Shown here piece by piece: positions 9,285 through 20,122 of a stretch of 64,000 nt of DNA. The notes beneath the pieces were generated by a model. It saw nothing but the letters and a program-made list of their open reading frames with translations. It was not told the origin of the DNA and searched no databases. The stretch is taken from contig CBDEFM010000002.1 of NCBI GenBank assembly GCA_965237415.1, positions 3,072,001-3,136,000 on the forward strand, read 5' to 3'. The DNA comes from Alphaproteobacteria bacterium. GTDB lineage: Bacteria; Pseudomonadota; Alphaproteobacteria; UBA828. The position numbers and the translations under genes are program-made. How positions within the stretch are numbered: position 1 is the first letter of the stretch; each line of letters begins with the position of its first letter.

Positions 9285-11354
9285 CCCAAGTTTAACATTC
9301 GGGAGGCAGAAGTTGGCGTATTTGGGCGCCGGGTATCCGCTAACGCGTTGATTTTGCTTGTTTTCGTGTTTCACGGGCGCGATGTAGTGACATAATATTC
9401 GAGTCAGGGGGTTATCAAAGGCCGGGCCCGCCGTTATCCTCCGCCCATGTTCATCCGGCACGCCAAGATACGCACAACCGAACGCGGCGACGTCTATTAC
9501 TCGTACCGCCTCGTGCGCAACGAGCGCAGCGGAGACAGGGTCCGCCAGCACACCCTGCTCAACCTCGGCAGCGACTTCCCGCTCGAGCGACGGCACTGGC
9601 CCGTGCTGTGCGCCCGGATCCAGCAGCTGCTCGAGCGCCAGGGCGAACTGGTGCCGCTGTCCTGTCCGCAAGAGGTGGAGCGGGATGCCCAGCGCATCGC
9701 CGCGCAACTCCTCAATCGCGCACCGCCCGCCGCAGTCGAGCGCCCCGACCTGCAGACGGTGGATGTGAGTTCCCTGGAGTTGATCCGCCCGCGCTCGGTC
9801 GGCGTCGAGAATGTCGGGCTGTGGGCCATGGAGCAGCTCGGCCTGGAGGCTCTGCTGGAGCGGCTCGGCTTCAACGGCACGCAACGCGCGCTGGCCATGG
9901 CCACCATCATCGCGCGCATGGCAGCACCGGGCTCGGAGCGCGCCAGCTGGCGCTGGCTGTGCGAGCGTTCGGCCCTCGGCGAGTTGCTGGGCGTGGACTT
10001 CGAGCGGATGAGTATGATGCGCCTCTACCGGGCCTCCGATGCCCTGCTGGCGCGGCGCGCGGCGATCGAGGCCCACCTGTTCGAGCAGGTGGCGGACCTG
10101 TTCGCCTTGCCCCAAACGGTCACGCTGTACGACCTGACCAACACCTTCTTCGAGGGTGAGGCGGCGGCCCAGCCCAAGGCCGAACGCGGCCACTCCAAGG
10201 AGAAGCGCAGCGATTGCCCGCTGCTCACCCTGGGCCTGGTGCTCGACGGCGCGGGCTTCGTGCGCCGGTCCGAAGTGTTCGCGGGCGCGGTCAACGAAGA
10301 CACGACCCTGGCGCCCATGCTCGACGCCTTGCATGCTCCGGCGGACGCTCTGGTGGTGATGGATGCGGGGGTCGCCACCGAGGCCAATGTCGTCTGGCTG
10401 CGCGAGAACGGCTACCGCTATCTGGTCGTCAGCCGGGAACGCGCGCGCCGCTTCGACCCGGACCTGGCGATTGCCCTCGAGACCCGGTCGCGCCAGACGG
10501 TCCATGTGCACAGGGTGGTCGAGGCGGACGGGGGAGAGGTGCGGCTCTACTGCTACTCCGAGGCGCGGGCGAAGACGGAACAGGGCATTGCCGCGCGCTT
10601 CGCCGCGCGCTTCGAGGGTGAGCTGCGCAAGCTCCACGACGGCCTCAAGCGCCCGCGCACCCGCAAGCGGCTCGACCATGTCTGGCAGCGGATCGGCCGG
10701 ATCAAGGAGAAGAGCCGCGGTGTCGGGGCGCACTACGTCATCGATGTCATCGCCGATGACAGCGGAAAGAAGGCCCGCGCCGTCACTTGGGAACGCCGCC
10801 CGCTCGCCGGCACCATGATCACCCATCCCGGCGTCTACTGCCTGCGCACCAACGTCGAGGACTGGGACGAGGAGACGTTGTGGCGCACTTATACTGCGCT
10901 CACAGATGTGGAGGCCGTGTTCCGCTCGCTCAAATCCGAACTCGGCCTGCGCCCCATCTTCCACCAGACCCAGAAGCGCTCCGACGGGCACCTGTTCATC
11001 ACCGTGATCGCCTACCAGCTGGTGCAGACCATCCGCCGGCGCCTCGGCGAGCAGGGGGAGCGCGCAAGCTGGGCCAGCCTGCGACGCATTCTCGAAGGCC
11101 AGCAGCGCGTCACGGCAACCTTCCGGCGCAAGGACGGCCGCACCCTTCATGTGCGCAAACCGACGCGCGCGGAGCTCCGACAACGGGCCATCTATCAGGC
11201 GCTCGGCGCAGACCCCGTTCCCGGAGGCATCAGGAAGATGATCGTCTGACCCCGAATCCGGCACAGGCAACCGAAATGTAGTGCCATACGCGGAATTCTT
11301 GCTCCCCAACGCATTGATAAACAACAGACTTCGAAACGGGTTGTTAAACTTGGG
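9285..11354 (+). mobile_element. Complete IS1634-family element
   Basis: 13-bp perfect IRs CCCAAGTTTAACA (9285-9297) / TGTTAAACTTGGG (11342-11354); CTAA target duplication at 9281-9284 and 11355-11358. Confidence 0.9.
9447..11249 (+). CDS. IS1634-family transposase
   Basis: LYDLTNTFFEG, GHSKEKRSDC, VVMDAG, VEAVFRSLKSELGLRPIFH. Confidence 0.93.
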   Translation: MFIRHAKIRTTERGDVYYSYRLVRNERSGDRVRQHTLLNLGSDFPLERRHWPVLCARIQQLLERQGELVPLSCPQEVERDAQRIAAQLLNRAPPAAVERPDLQTVDVSSLELIRPRSVGVENVGLWAMEQLGLEALLERLGFNGTQRALAMATIIARMAAPGSERASWRWLCERSALGELLGVDFERMSMMRLYRASDALLARRAAIEAHLFEQVADLFALPQTVTLYDLTNTFFEGEAAAQPKAERGHSKEKRSDCPLLTLGLVLDGAGFVRRSEVFAGAVNEDTTLAPMLDALHAPADALVVMDAGVATEANVVWLRENGYRYLVVSRERARRFDPDLAIALETRSRQTVHVHRVVEADGGEVRLYCYSEARAKTEQGIAARFAARFEGELRKLHDGLKRPRTRKRLDHVWQRIGRIKEKSRGVGAHYVIDVIADDSGKKARAVTWERRPLAGTMITHPGVYCLRTNVEDWDEETLWRTYTALTDVEAVFRSLKSELGLRPIFHQTQKRSDGHLFITVIAYQLVQTIRRRLGEQGERASWASLRRILEGQQRVTATFRRKDGRTLHVRKPTRAELRQRAIYQALGADPVPGGIRKMIV

Positions 11355-11965
11355 CTAAGCGCGGCTCGCTTCTGGACTGACAAGGGCGCATCGCTCCGCG
11401 CACCGGTCTCTTCCGCGGGACCGGCGGAAACGCTCCCATCCGAGCGGGCGGCAATTCTTCTTGCCGCAGCACCGGCACCCGGGCGCTTGCGACAGGACAA
11501 CTCGCGTTCGCATTCGTGGGCCATGGCGCGTTTCAAACTCTTGACGATGCTCGAAAAAGGGCTCTCGGCATCGGCGCAACGGTCGGCACAATAGAGTATC
11601 TCGATGTCGGCGTTCCTGCGGCCGAACTCGTCGGTGACGATCCAGTGAGCGTCGAGGAAGCGGCCCCAGCGGGTGGAGTCGAGGACCAGGACGGCGTCGA
11701 AATCGGCGGCGCCGTTTTCGACATCCCGGAACATCTGCTGCAGCCCGGGCCGGTCGTCGATGCGTAAACCGCTCCTACCCTCATCGCGATAGATGCGTAC
11801 GACTTGCATGCCGTGCTTGTCGGAGTAACTGCCGATGGCATCGATCTGGTTCTGGATTGACTCTTCGTTCGGTGTTGTCGCGGAGCGGACATAACCAACG
11901 ACGCGCCGCTTTGGGGGTGGCTGCCCCGGTTGCGCAACGTCGTTTGAGTTCGAACGGTCGGTCAC
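11355..11965 (-). CDS. Resolvase-domain-only serine recombinase paralogue; stop codon displaced by IS1634
   Basis: GYVRSAT, DEGRSG, RPGLQQM, DSTRWGR. Removing the IS restores ...GCG CTT AGG TGA. Confidence 0.8.
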
Positions 11966-12036
11966 TTTCTTCTCTCCCTCTGCATTTGCCCGGAAACGGC
12001 CGCGCCGATGCGTCGCCGGCCCCAGGAACCGGGTCG

Positions 12037-12590
12037 CTAAGCGCCGGGCGGCGGCGGGTCAGGCCCCATCTCGTGTTCGAAGGCGCGATTGGGCCCCGCG
12101 GCGTCGATGCCGTGGGGGCGAAACCCCGGCGGCGTGGGCAGCACATGCAGTTGTGGCGCGACCGGGCCGCGCAGCTCCATCAGCGCGGGGTCGGTTTCGA
12201 GATGTGCGCGCATGGCGCCCATTCCGGCAGCACCGGGCCCGAGCAGTTCGGGCATCTTGCCTGCGACCACGTCCAGGACATGATGGATAAGGCGCACCCG
12301 GCGCCGGATCCAGCGCATGGCGCCGGGCAAGTGGACAGCGTCGCGGCGCAGCTCGTTCGCCGCCGCCTCCAGACTTGAGGCGCTCTCGGCATGGACCACC
12401 ACCGCTTCGAGCGCTTCGAACGTGCCCGGCAGCCGTGCGGCCAGACAATCGGGCAGCAGGCTGAAGGTGGTCCGACTCTGTGGGCAGTACCAGCGAGCGA
12501 CCCGTACCCCGCGCGGCGTCTTGCGTATGTAGGTGCCGTGCCGCGCCGAACCGTGGTGACGATGGGCGCGGACAGGATTCTGGTGGGAGG
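12037..12590 (-). pseudogene. Fragment of a transposon-associated Cys/His protein (DUF6431-like) fused to the IstA remnant
   Basis: RHGTYIRKTP...RWYCPQSRTTFSLLPDCLAARLPG. Confidence 0.5.
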
Positions 12591-13334
12591 CCAAGCGTGG
12601 ATCCTTGGGTAGTTCAACGGGGATGGGCGGGGGTTGCTCTCGCTGTTCGCGGCGCCGTGTCAGGCTCAGGCGCACGGCGTTCGGATGGGGGACACCCCGC
12701 TCCAGGGCCTCGTCGATGGCCACCTCGAGCTCGGCGGCGCCGTAGTCGTCGAGCAGACGCAGGAGGGCGGCGACGATGGCGCCGAGATTGCTGCCGCGCG
12801 TGGCCGCGTCGGCGAGCAGGCGCTCGCTGTTGGGTGCAGCCCCGAACAGCCGATCCTGGCCGCGCAGGCGACGGGCATGGCGTTTTCGCTTGGTCAGGTC
12901 AGCGATGTGATCAGGGATTTCGATGCGGGCCACCTTGTCGAAGCTGCGCGGGTGCGAGGCGATCACCTCGGCGCCGTCGAGGATGCGCACCTCTTCCAGC
13001 GTTGCGGCCACGACGAGGGTGCGGCTCACATGGGTGTGAGGCACGCTGTAATCGTTGAGATCGAAGCGGGCATAGCCGCGTTCACGCACCATCTCGTAGA
13101 GCCGGCTGGCGGGCAGCTTCGGCCAGACTGCCAACGTCTGGCGGATGAAGGGCAGAAAGGGATCGAGCTTCGAGCGTCTGCGCCGCCGGTATGCAGAGGC
13201 ACCCCGTCATCCGTGAGCACGCGGTCGACGGTGGTGTACTGGACGCTGAAATGGCGTGCGATCATGCCGATCATCCACTTCTCGGCGTGATACAGGCGCA
13301 GGATCTCGGCGCGCGTCTCCTTGTAGATGGTCAT
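12591..13334 (-). pseudogene. istA: IS21 IstA with a frameshift and internal deletion of the DDE core
   Basis: N-terminal HTH (EILRLYHAEKW...) and LYEMVRERGY jump directly to RFDLNDYSVP. Confidence 0.8.
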
Positions 13335-13335
13335 C

Positions 13336-13782
13336 TCAGCCTCTTCGTGCCGGGTGCCGGACCGGGCGCAGACCCGGATAGACGGCCTGCGCGCAGAACC
13401 GGCCGCAGCTATGGCACCGGAAGACCCTGGCAGGCCGCTCAGACCCAAAGGGTTTCGTTCCACGCTGCACTGTCTGCGTCTCTGACACATCAGGACGAAG
13501 CCGCCCGCGGGTCAAAGGGTGATGCGTCACTTTCTGCCCGCCGCCCTGTTTCTCCGGCGGTCGGCAGAGACGACGTTCGCGATAGCGTCGCTGCCGCTGC
13601 GCGTGCTTGTGACGGCCTCGGCGACTGTTCTGGTAACGCCGCCCGGCTCCACGCTGCGACTGCCTGCGCGCCTTCTCGCCGCAGCACCGCGAGCAGTAGA
13701 TGTTGCCGTGATCGCAGCGACGGCAGAGAACGACTTGCAGTTGGCAGAGGGCGCAGTGGAAGGGGCGGGCGGTGTTCTTCAT
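13336..13782 (-). CDS. Cys-rich basic protein upstream of IS21 istA
   Basis: ARPFHCALC...LCRRCDHGNIYCSRCC...RRYQ...HAQRQRRYR. Confidence 0.65.
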   Translation of the reverse strand: MKNTARPFHCALCQLQVVLCRRCDHGNIYCSRCCGEKARRQSQRGAGRRYQNSRRGRHKHAQRQRRYRERRLCRPPEKQGGGQKVTHHPLTRGRLRPDVSETQTVQRGTKPFGSERPARVFRCHSCGRFCAQAVYPGLRPVRHPARRG

Positions 13783-13944
13783 CGCAGCTACCGATGAGAA
13801 CGGGATGGACCCACGCCCAAACCCGCAGAATACTGCGCATGCGGGCCGCGATGCGGTCTCCGCAGAGCATCGCTCGTGGAGGTACGGCGCCGGTTGTTGC
13901 GGTCCACGCAAACGGGACCGGCGCCGCATCGTTCTCAGCGGCTG

Positions 13945-14145
13945 GAGTGTATCCGAATCAGGGTGCGAGGCAGGTCATTGTGGTGTGCCAGACCGTGGAG
14001 CGTCTCTCCGGCGAGATAATCCTGAACGACTTGGCCCTTGAGCTAGAGACTGTAGGTGCGGTATCGGACCATGCTCACGTCCGAAACCCGCCATTGCCTA
14101 TTAATCCTGCCACCCTGATCTATCTGCTTCTAGGGGCGCAGTCCA
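13945..14145 (-). pseudogene. IS3-family left end and degenerate orfA
   Basis: End TGGACTGCGCCCC at 14145; MVRYRTYSL*LKGQVVQDYLAGETLHGLA with an internal stop. Confidence 0.65.
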
Positions 14146-14420
14146 AAGCTCCCAGACGCGTGATGTACTGCCACATGGTCGTCGGCGAGTACCGTTGTGG
14201 CTGCGCGCTCTCCACGTGCAAAGACTTGGTGGGGATGTTCGGTGGGTGCTGCGCCAAGCAGTAGGGGTGGCCATGAGTTACTCCAATTTATCCCTGGAAG
14301 ATGTTAGGGGAGGGAGAGAGTGGCCGTCAACCGGACGCCGGCGTTGGTGATGGCCGACGTCCCGCGTTACGAGGGTTAATTTCGGGAGTAAGCCCCGTAG
14401 GCATTGTTGATATTGCTGCA

Positions 14421-14837
14421 TCAGGGCTCACACAAAATCTCCAGGGCCCTGCGAGCTGTCACGATAGGGATACTGTCAATTTCCTGGAGTGCAAGCATGT
14501 CCTTCTTGTCACCAGAAATGATCAAGTCGACACCTCCAGCAATCGCCGCAGCCAAGATCTGATTGTCCGAGGGGTCAGGGGACAAAGCTACGCTCGGTAG
14601 CTCGTCAAGGATGGCAGCGCGGGTGCCGATGTTCTCGACTATGGCCGTCGCCTCATCAGCATCGAGGAATTTTCGGAGACGCTGGCGGGCGAGTACATCG
14701 GCCAATTCGCAAACTTGCGCGATAGATGTCACAAGCTCGATCTCGCCGCGCAGCCATGCCTGATACAACCTGTCCGGTGGGGTACCCTTAGTGATGAGGG
14801 CGCTGATCAAGATGTTGGTATCAAGAACGACCTTCAC
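14421..14837 (-). CDS. PIN-domain toxin (type II TA)
   Basis: KVVLDTNILISA...DPSDNQILAAA...IISGDKKDML. Confidence 0.9.
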   Translation of the reverse strand: MKVVLDTNILISALITKGTPPDRLYQAWLRGEIELVTSIAQVCELADVLARQRLRKFLDADEATAIVENIGTRAAILDELPSVALSPDPSDNQILAAAIAGGVDLIISGDKKDMLALQEIDSIPIVTARRALEILCEP

Positions 14838-15057
14838 GCGCCGCGATTACCTCCTCGTCGATCAGGTCGAGAATCTTCCGTTGGTCATATCCAGCGTTGC
14901 GTTCCTTGACCTGGCTGACGGTGAGATCCAAGACACGCCGGCGTACAGCTTCATCGACGAACCGGGACAGGTCGCCCTTCTTGCCGCCGTTGCGGGCAAG
15001 AAACGTGCGAACCGCTCGGTTCGTCTCTTCTGAGATGGAGAGGTTCCATCGGGTCAT
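14821..15057 (-). CDS. Ribbon-helix-helix antitoxin
   Basis: MTRWNLSISEETNRAVRTFLA...GDLSRFVDEAV; overlaps the PIN gene start. Confidence 0.85.
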   Translation of the reverse strand: MTRWNLSISEETNRAVRTFLARNGGKKGDLSRFVDEAVRRRVLDLTVSQVKERNAGYDQRKILDLIDEEVIAAREGRS

Positions 15058-15276
15058 TGCCCCTGCTCCGCATATAAGCGCATAAACACGTATGCGCCCA
15101 CTCTATCCCTTTGGCGACCCTGTTGTCAATTCCTTGAGGATGTAGGTCGGGCGATATCTTTGCCCTGCTTACGGGCATGTGGTGGTGGACGAATGCCACC
15201 ATGTGCCAGCGGTCTCGTTAGAGCGGGTTCATGTCGGCCCATGTCTACGACTTCTTTTCCTCTGCACCGAGGTGCG

Positions 15277-15558
15277 TCAGGTGACGTCGGCGCGCTGCGC
15301 GTTCCAGCCGGGGTCGATGCCGAGGCCCGGCGTGCGCCCGATGGCGGCCGCCTCCCTCGCGGTCGGCGCGCCGGAGATGCGTTGCTGGATGTCGGGGCGC
15401 GCTCCGAATTTGGCCGCCTGATACAAGTGTTCGGAGGTGGGCAGCATCCACGGACCTGCCGCGATCGGAACGGCCAAGGGCTGGAAGTTGCTGAACGCGC
15501 CCCACGCCGCCCGTGAGAGCTTGAATGGACAGGCCTGGTCTCTCGCGTAGATGCGCAT
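15277..15558 (-). pseudogene. NADAR (DUF1768) protein, N-terminal fragment
   Basis: WGAFSNF...PTSEHLYQAAKF...AREAAAIGR...W; truncated. Confidence 0.75.
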
Positions 15559-16050
15559 TGGTTTTTCCATGGTGGATGGTTTGCAAGCCGGTGGCACTTG
15601 CTCCCGCGCCCCGGGGCCTCGACCTTCACGGGCCGACGCTGCCTCTTGCTGACAAGGTTGCTCGCAACCGGCGCAGCGGGGCGAGGCGACTCAATGCGGT
15701 AATGGTCCGGGACCAGCCCGGAAATGGCGGGCTATGCTTGCGGGTGCGAAGCTGCGAGCGCGTGGAGGGCGGCGGAAACGCGGGCGCGCGGCGCTGGGAG
15801 TCCAGTCAGCAGCGCGTGTCTGCTCGCCGAACAAACTCGACGGGTCGTGGACGGCGCCCCCGCAATAACGTGCCGACCGAGGCTGAAGCGCTGGTGTCGC
15901 GTCGATGGTCGGTCCCGGCGGGTCGAGATCGTCGGCCGCGTGATCTTCGCGCCCCGGCATTGGGAAGCGTCCGAACGGGGCAAGGCACCCTTCGCCCCCG
16001 CGGCGATGGCAAGGCGTGGGAAAGCGCCCCGGATCGTGCGTGTGATGCTT

Positions 16051-17425
16051 CTACGTGTCGAGGAAGCTGCGCAGCGCGCGCGCCCGAGAGGGATGTTTCA
16101 GCTTGCGAAGCGCCTTGGCTTCGATCTGACGGATGCGCTCACGCGTGACCGAGAATGTCTGGCCGACCTCCTCGAGCGTGCAGTCGGTGGTCGTGCCGAG
16201 GCCGAAGCGCATGCGCAGGACCCGTTCCTCCCGCGGCGTCAGGCTCCCCAGTACATGGGTCAAGGCGTCGCGCAGGTCGGACTGGATCGCCGCGTCCAGC
16301 GGCTGCACCGCATCCTCGTCCTCGATCAGGTCGCCGAGGTGGCTGTCTCCCTCCTCGCCGATCGGCGTCTCCAGGCTGATCGGCTCCCTTGCCACCTTCA
16401 TCGTCTGGCGCAACTTGTCGAGCGGCACGCGCAGGCGTTTGGCGATCTCCTCCGGGGTCGGCTCGCGCCCGAGCTCCTGACCCATCTGCGAGGATGAGCT
16501 CCCGGAGCTCGTCGGCGAGAGCCTCCATCCGATCGTCGGTGAGCCGGAGCTCCCGCATCGACGCCGCGAGATCACGCGTCATCTCCCGCAAGCGTCTGGC
16601 TTGCCACGCCGTCGGCGTCCGGTTCTTCCTGACCAGCTCGATGCGCAGGTCCTGGAGCCGGTGGAGCTTCCCGTAGGACGCCGCGATCGCGTCGAAGGTC
16701 TCCATGACCTGTGGAAGGACCGCCGCTTCCATCGTCGAGGGCAGCGGTTTGCCCTCGGCGGGTTCGTCGCCGCCTTCGCGCGCGTCCTTTGGTGTTCCCG
16801 TGTCCGCGCGGTCATTCCGGGATCTGCGATCGTTGCTCTCCTCCCCGGGCGCCGCCGCCGGACCTCTGCCATGGGTGGCCCCGATGTCGATCACCTCACG
16901 CAGCGCCATCGAGCCCGCGCGGATCGCGTCGCGCCATGCGACCGCGGCCCGCATGGTCAGCGGGCTCTCGCGGAGACCGTCCAGCATGGTCTGCCGCCCG
17001 GCCTCGATCCGCTTGGCGAGCGCGACCTCGCCCTCGCGGGTGAGAAGCGCCGTGCCTCCCATCTCGCGCAGATACAGCCGCACCGGATCGTCGGTGCGTC
17101 CAAGATCGTCTTCGCCAATCCTCGGCGCAGCAGTGGCAGGCTTCTCTACCGGCTGCCTCTCCCCGGCGTCGTCCCCCGGATCTTCGCCCTCAATGATGGT
17201 GATGCCCATCTCGGACAGGATCGCCGTCGTGTCCTCGATCCGCTCCGAGCTGGCCTCGCCCGGCGGCAAGGCTCTGTTCAGCTCGTCATGGGTGACGTAG
17301 CCGCGCTGCCGGCCGCGCGCGATCATCGCCGTGACCGGACCGGTCGCGGCATCGAGGAGCGGCCCGTCGGCAGTCTCCTCGTCTCCCTCGGCGGTTGTGC
17401 TCTGCCCGACAAGCTCCATAGCCAT
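16051..17425 (-). pseudogene. rpoD: RpoD-like sigma-70 paralogue lacking region 2 (internal deletion plus frameshift)
   Basis: Regions 1.1/1.2 (GYVTHDELN, TDDPVRLYLREMG, LAKRIEAG) lie in one frame and regions 3/4 ([37 protein letters not shown]) in another; junction near 16497. Confidence 0.85.
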
Positions 17426-17446
17426 TCAACCCGCCCCCCTCGCGGT

Positions 17447-17731
17447 CTACCCCTTCGCCGGCTCGACGATGATGCGGCCGCGGCCGCGGCGGATCAGGTA
17501 GCCGCCCCGCGGGATCGTCAGCGTGCCCTGCTGGACGAGGGGCCAGAGGATGTCCACGATCATGGCCGCGTTGTCGTCCGTGCCCTCTGTCGACTGCCGA
17601 GACAAAAGCCACTCGGCGAACGCACGGTTGCCGACCTCGTCGCCCACGGATTTGCGCAGCGCGTTGAGCTTACGAATCTCCCCCTTGGTGAGAATGGTCT
17701 CGTCAATCTGGATAAAAGGTGTCGGTGCCAT
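17447..17731 (-). CDS. Small hypothetical protein, paralogue of 2676-2930
   Basis: RBS AAGGA upstream; high similarity to 2676-2930; 21 bp upstream of the rpoD-like gene. Confidence 0.75.
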   Translation of the reverse strand: MAPTPFIQIDETILTKGEIRKLNALRKSVGDEVGNRAFAEWLLSRQSTEGTDDNAAMIVDILWPLVQQGTLTIPRGGYLIRRGRGRIIVEPAKG

Positions 17732-18824
17732 GGATTTGTCCTTCGCCGGATGTATTGAAATGCAGCGCGTTATAGCAGCTTTGGTAGCGCACCGTCATGT
17801 TCCTGCCGCACACGCCGCAAGTGGCCAGGCCCTGCAGCAGTGCGAGCCCCTCGCGCGGGGCGCCGCGGCGCTCCGCGCCGTACGATTGCGCGTTGTCCCG
17901 GAGCTGGCGCTCATTCTGCTCGAACCGCTCCCAGGTGATGTAGCCCGGGTGCGCATCGCGCAGCAGGACTGTCCACTCCTCACGCGCCACAAGCCTGTGC
18001 TCGACACCGCCGCCGGGACGCCGTCGGCTGCGGCTGCGCCCGTACGCGAAAGCGCCCGCATATCGCGGGTTGTGCAGCATGTTCAGCACCCGCGAGGTCG
18101 TCAGCGGCTTCCAACGCAGCTCCCCCATGTGCGGTCCGCCACGCGGACGGTGGGGGAAACTCAGCTTCTCTTCACGGAAATGCTTCACCGTGGCACGCGC
18201 CGAGCCGGTCCGGGTGAAGGTGTCGAACAGCAGGCGCAGACTGTGCTGCACTTGTTCATCGGGGTCGAGAACCACTTGGTCCAGAGGGTCGTAGACCAGC
18301 CCCACCGGCAGCGCTACCTTCAACTCCCCGCGCTTGGCCTTGTTCAGCAGCCCGCCGCGCAGCCGCATGCGCATCATGTGCAGCTCCGCCTCGCTCATGG
18401 TTCCTTTGAGGCCGAGGAGGAGCCTGTCGTTGAAGTCGCCGGGATCGTAGACGCCGTCCTCGTCCATGATCAGGGTCTCGCTCAAGGCGCAGATCTCAAC
18501 CAGCCGATGCCAGTCGGTAGAGTTCCGCGCGAGCCTGGACACCTCCAGCCCGAGCACGATCCCGGCCCGGCCCATGCCGACATCGGCGACCAGACGCTGG
18601 AACCCCTCGCGGTCGCTGTCGGCGCCGGAAAGGCCCTGATCGCCATCGATCACGATGACGCTCTCGGTCGGCCAGCCCAGGGCCACGGCCCGCTCGCGCA
18701 GTGCGTACTGGCGTCGCGTGCTCTCGCCATGCTCGAACACTTGGCGCGGGCTGGACTGACGCACGTACAGGTAGGCATCGCGGCTCAGGTGGCTCGTCGC
18801 CACCTTCTGATGGGCAGTGCTCAT
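17703..18824 (-). pseudogene. Large serine recombinase (y4bA-like), C-terminally truncated near 17785
   Basis: YLYVRQSS, DQGLSG, EVSRLAR, NPRYAG, LLQGLATCGVCG; homology ends inside the Zn ribbon. Confidence 0.85.
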
Positions 18825-19123
18825 GCCAACTCCCTCCCCATATGGCCCTTGACCATCGCGAGCAGAATGTCGATCGCCGGCCTCTCGACCCCGGCGGGCA
18901 GCGGCTCAGGCGTGGCACCTGCGCACACGGCGGCCTGCGGGGTGGGCAGTTCGGCGAAGGCGTGCAGCCAGGCCGCGACGCCGCGTAGCGCCACCACGGC
19001 GATCCCGTGGCGGTCATGGGCGGCGCCGGGCTCGACGGCATGACGGCGCATCCGCTCGTAGCCATGTCCGTAGGCGGAATGCTCCGCGGGGGCGAGCGCG
19101 GCGCACGGCAGGCGGCGCATCAT
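18821..19123 (-). CDS. Small accessory protein of the recombinase element
   Basis: YERMRRHA...GIAVVALRGVAAW; ATGA-coupled on both sides. Confidence 0.6.
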   Translation of the reverse strand: MMRRLPCAALAPAEHSAYGHGYERMRRHAVEPGAAHDRHGIAVVALRGVAAWLHAFAELPTPQAAVCAGATPEPLPAGVERPAIDILLAMVKGHMGRELA

Positions 19124-19581
19124 CGGCGTTTTTTTTCCCGCGCGAGGGCGCGGTCGATGCTGCGGCGATGGATGCTGATGCCGAAGCGCGCACGCACCAG
19201 CTCCACCAGGTCGGCGGCGCTCAGCTCCGGCTGTTCGCTCTTCGCCGTCTGCAACGCTTCGACCACCTCGTCGCTGAGCTTGTGGGGCCGGCGGGGACCC
19301 GGCCGGTCCGGCAGCAATCCCGGCAGCCCGCCCGCCTCGTAGGCGCGCTGCGCCTGGTACCAGGTGGGCCGGGAGACACCGAAGCTGGCGGCGGCGTGGC
19401 TCACCGGCACGCCGTCCTCGCGCACGCGGCGCAGCATCTCGTACCTGACCTGGACCAGGTCGCGCGGGTCGAAGAACGCATTGGACAGGAACAGCTCGTC
19501 GCGCACCGTCTCGGCATGGGGGTTCAGGCAGCCATGCTCCTTGAGGGCGCGGGTCTTTGCGTCGGCAGGGCGTCTGGCCAT
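19120..19581 (-). CDS. Helix-turn-helix protein of the recombinase element
   Basis: FFDPRDLVQVRYEMLRRV...FGVSRPTWYQ...GPRRPHKL. Confidence 0.8.
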   Translation of the reverse strand: MARRPADAKTRALKEHGCLNPHAETVRDELFLSNAFFDPRDLVQVRYEMLRRVREDGVPVSHAAASFGVSRPTWYQAQRAYEAGGLPGLLPDRPGPRRPHKLSDEVVEALQTAKSEQPELSAADLVELVRARFGISIHRRSIDRALAREKKRR

Positions 19582-19769
19582 CGCACGGGCTCCATCGACA
19601 ACGCAATGTAAATATATTTATGCACATCCTTGGCACTGCATCAAGCCCCCTCTCCCTCTGTATGGGGGAAAATAGCCAGGAATACGTTGCCTTATGCCCA
19701 ATCACTACCGGTTCTCAGGCCGCCATGGCATCGCGTATTCGACGTTCCTGGACAAAAATATTCTTACAC

Positions 19770-20069
19770 TCACGGCAAAATCTCCTTGACAGTGTTCGCT
19801 TCGCCGACGGCCCCCCTCCCACCGCGACCGTCTCCGTCCAAGCTGTCCAACAATGCCGTCAAGGCGAGCAGATCCGAGACACGGAACGCCGACCGGCCCG
19901 CCGCCACCCTCACAAACGGATCCTCGGCAGCAACGCTGGTCCAGGCTTGCCGCATGGTACGTAGCGTCCCGTCATCTCCCGTGTAATGGACCCAATCCAC
20001 CCCCACCACCGCCATGGTCTCGACTAGTTCGAACTCACGTCCGTGAAGAGGGTGAAACGGGTGCGTCAC
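19770..20069 (-). CDS. DUF5372 (y4bD/y4pK-like) protein
   Basis: VTHPFHPLHG...WTS...DPF...GRSAFRVSDLLAL. Confidence 0.7.
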   Translation of the reverse strand: MTHPFHPLHGREFELVETMAVVGVDWVHYTGDDGTLRTMRQAWTSVAAEDPFVRVAAGRSAFRVSDLLALTALLDSLDGDGRGGRGAVGEANTVKEILP

Positions 20070-20122
20070 CCGAAAGGTACGCCTCTCAACGCACTCAAAC
20101 GGTGCAGTTAAATGCCTTGTCA

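Noticed and set aside
9102-11324. 740-aa minus-strand ORF (also 32425-34851, 40798-42711, 17523-19043 and similar)
   Set aside because: Antisense shadows of real genes in high-GC DNA, with no recognisable motifs
15170-15250. VVVDECHH DEAD-like helicase motif
   Set aside because: Only about 25 codons; too small to annotate beyond noting a probable remnant
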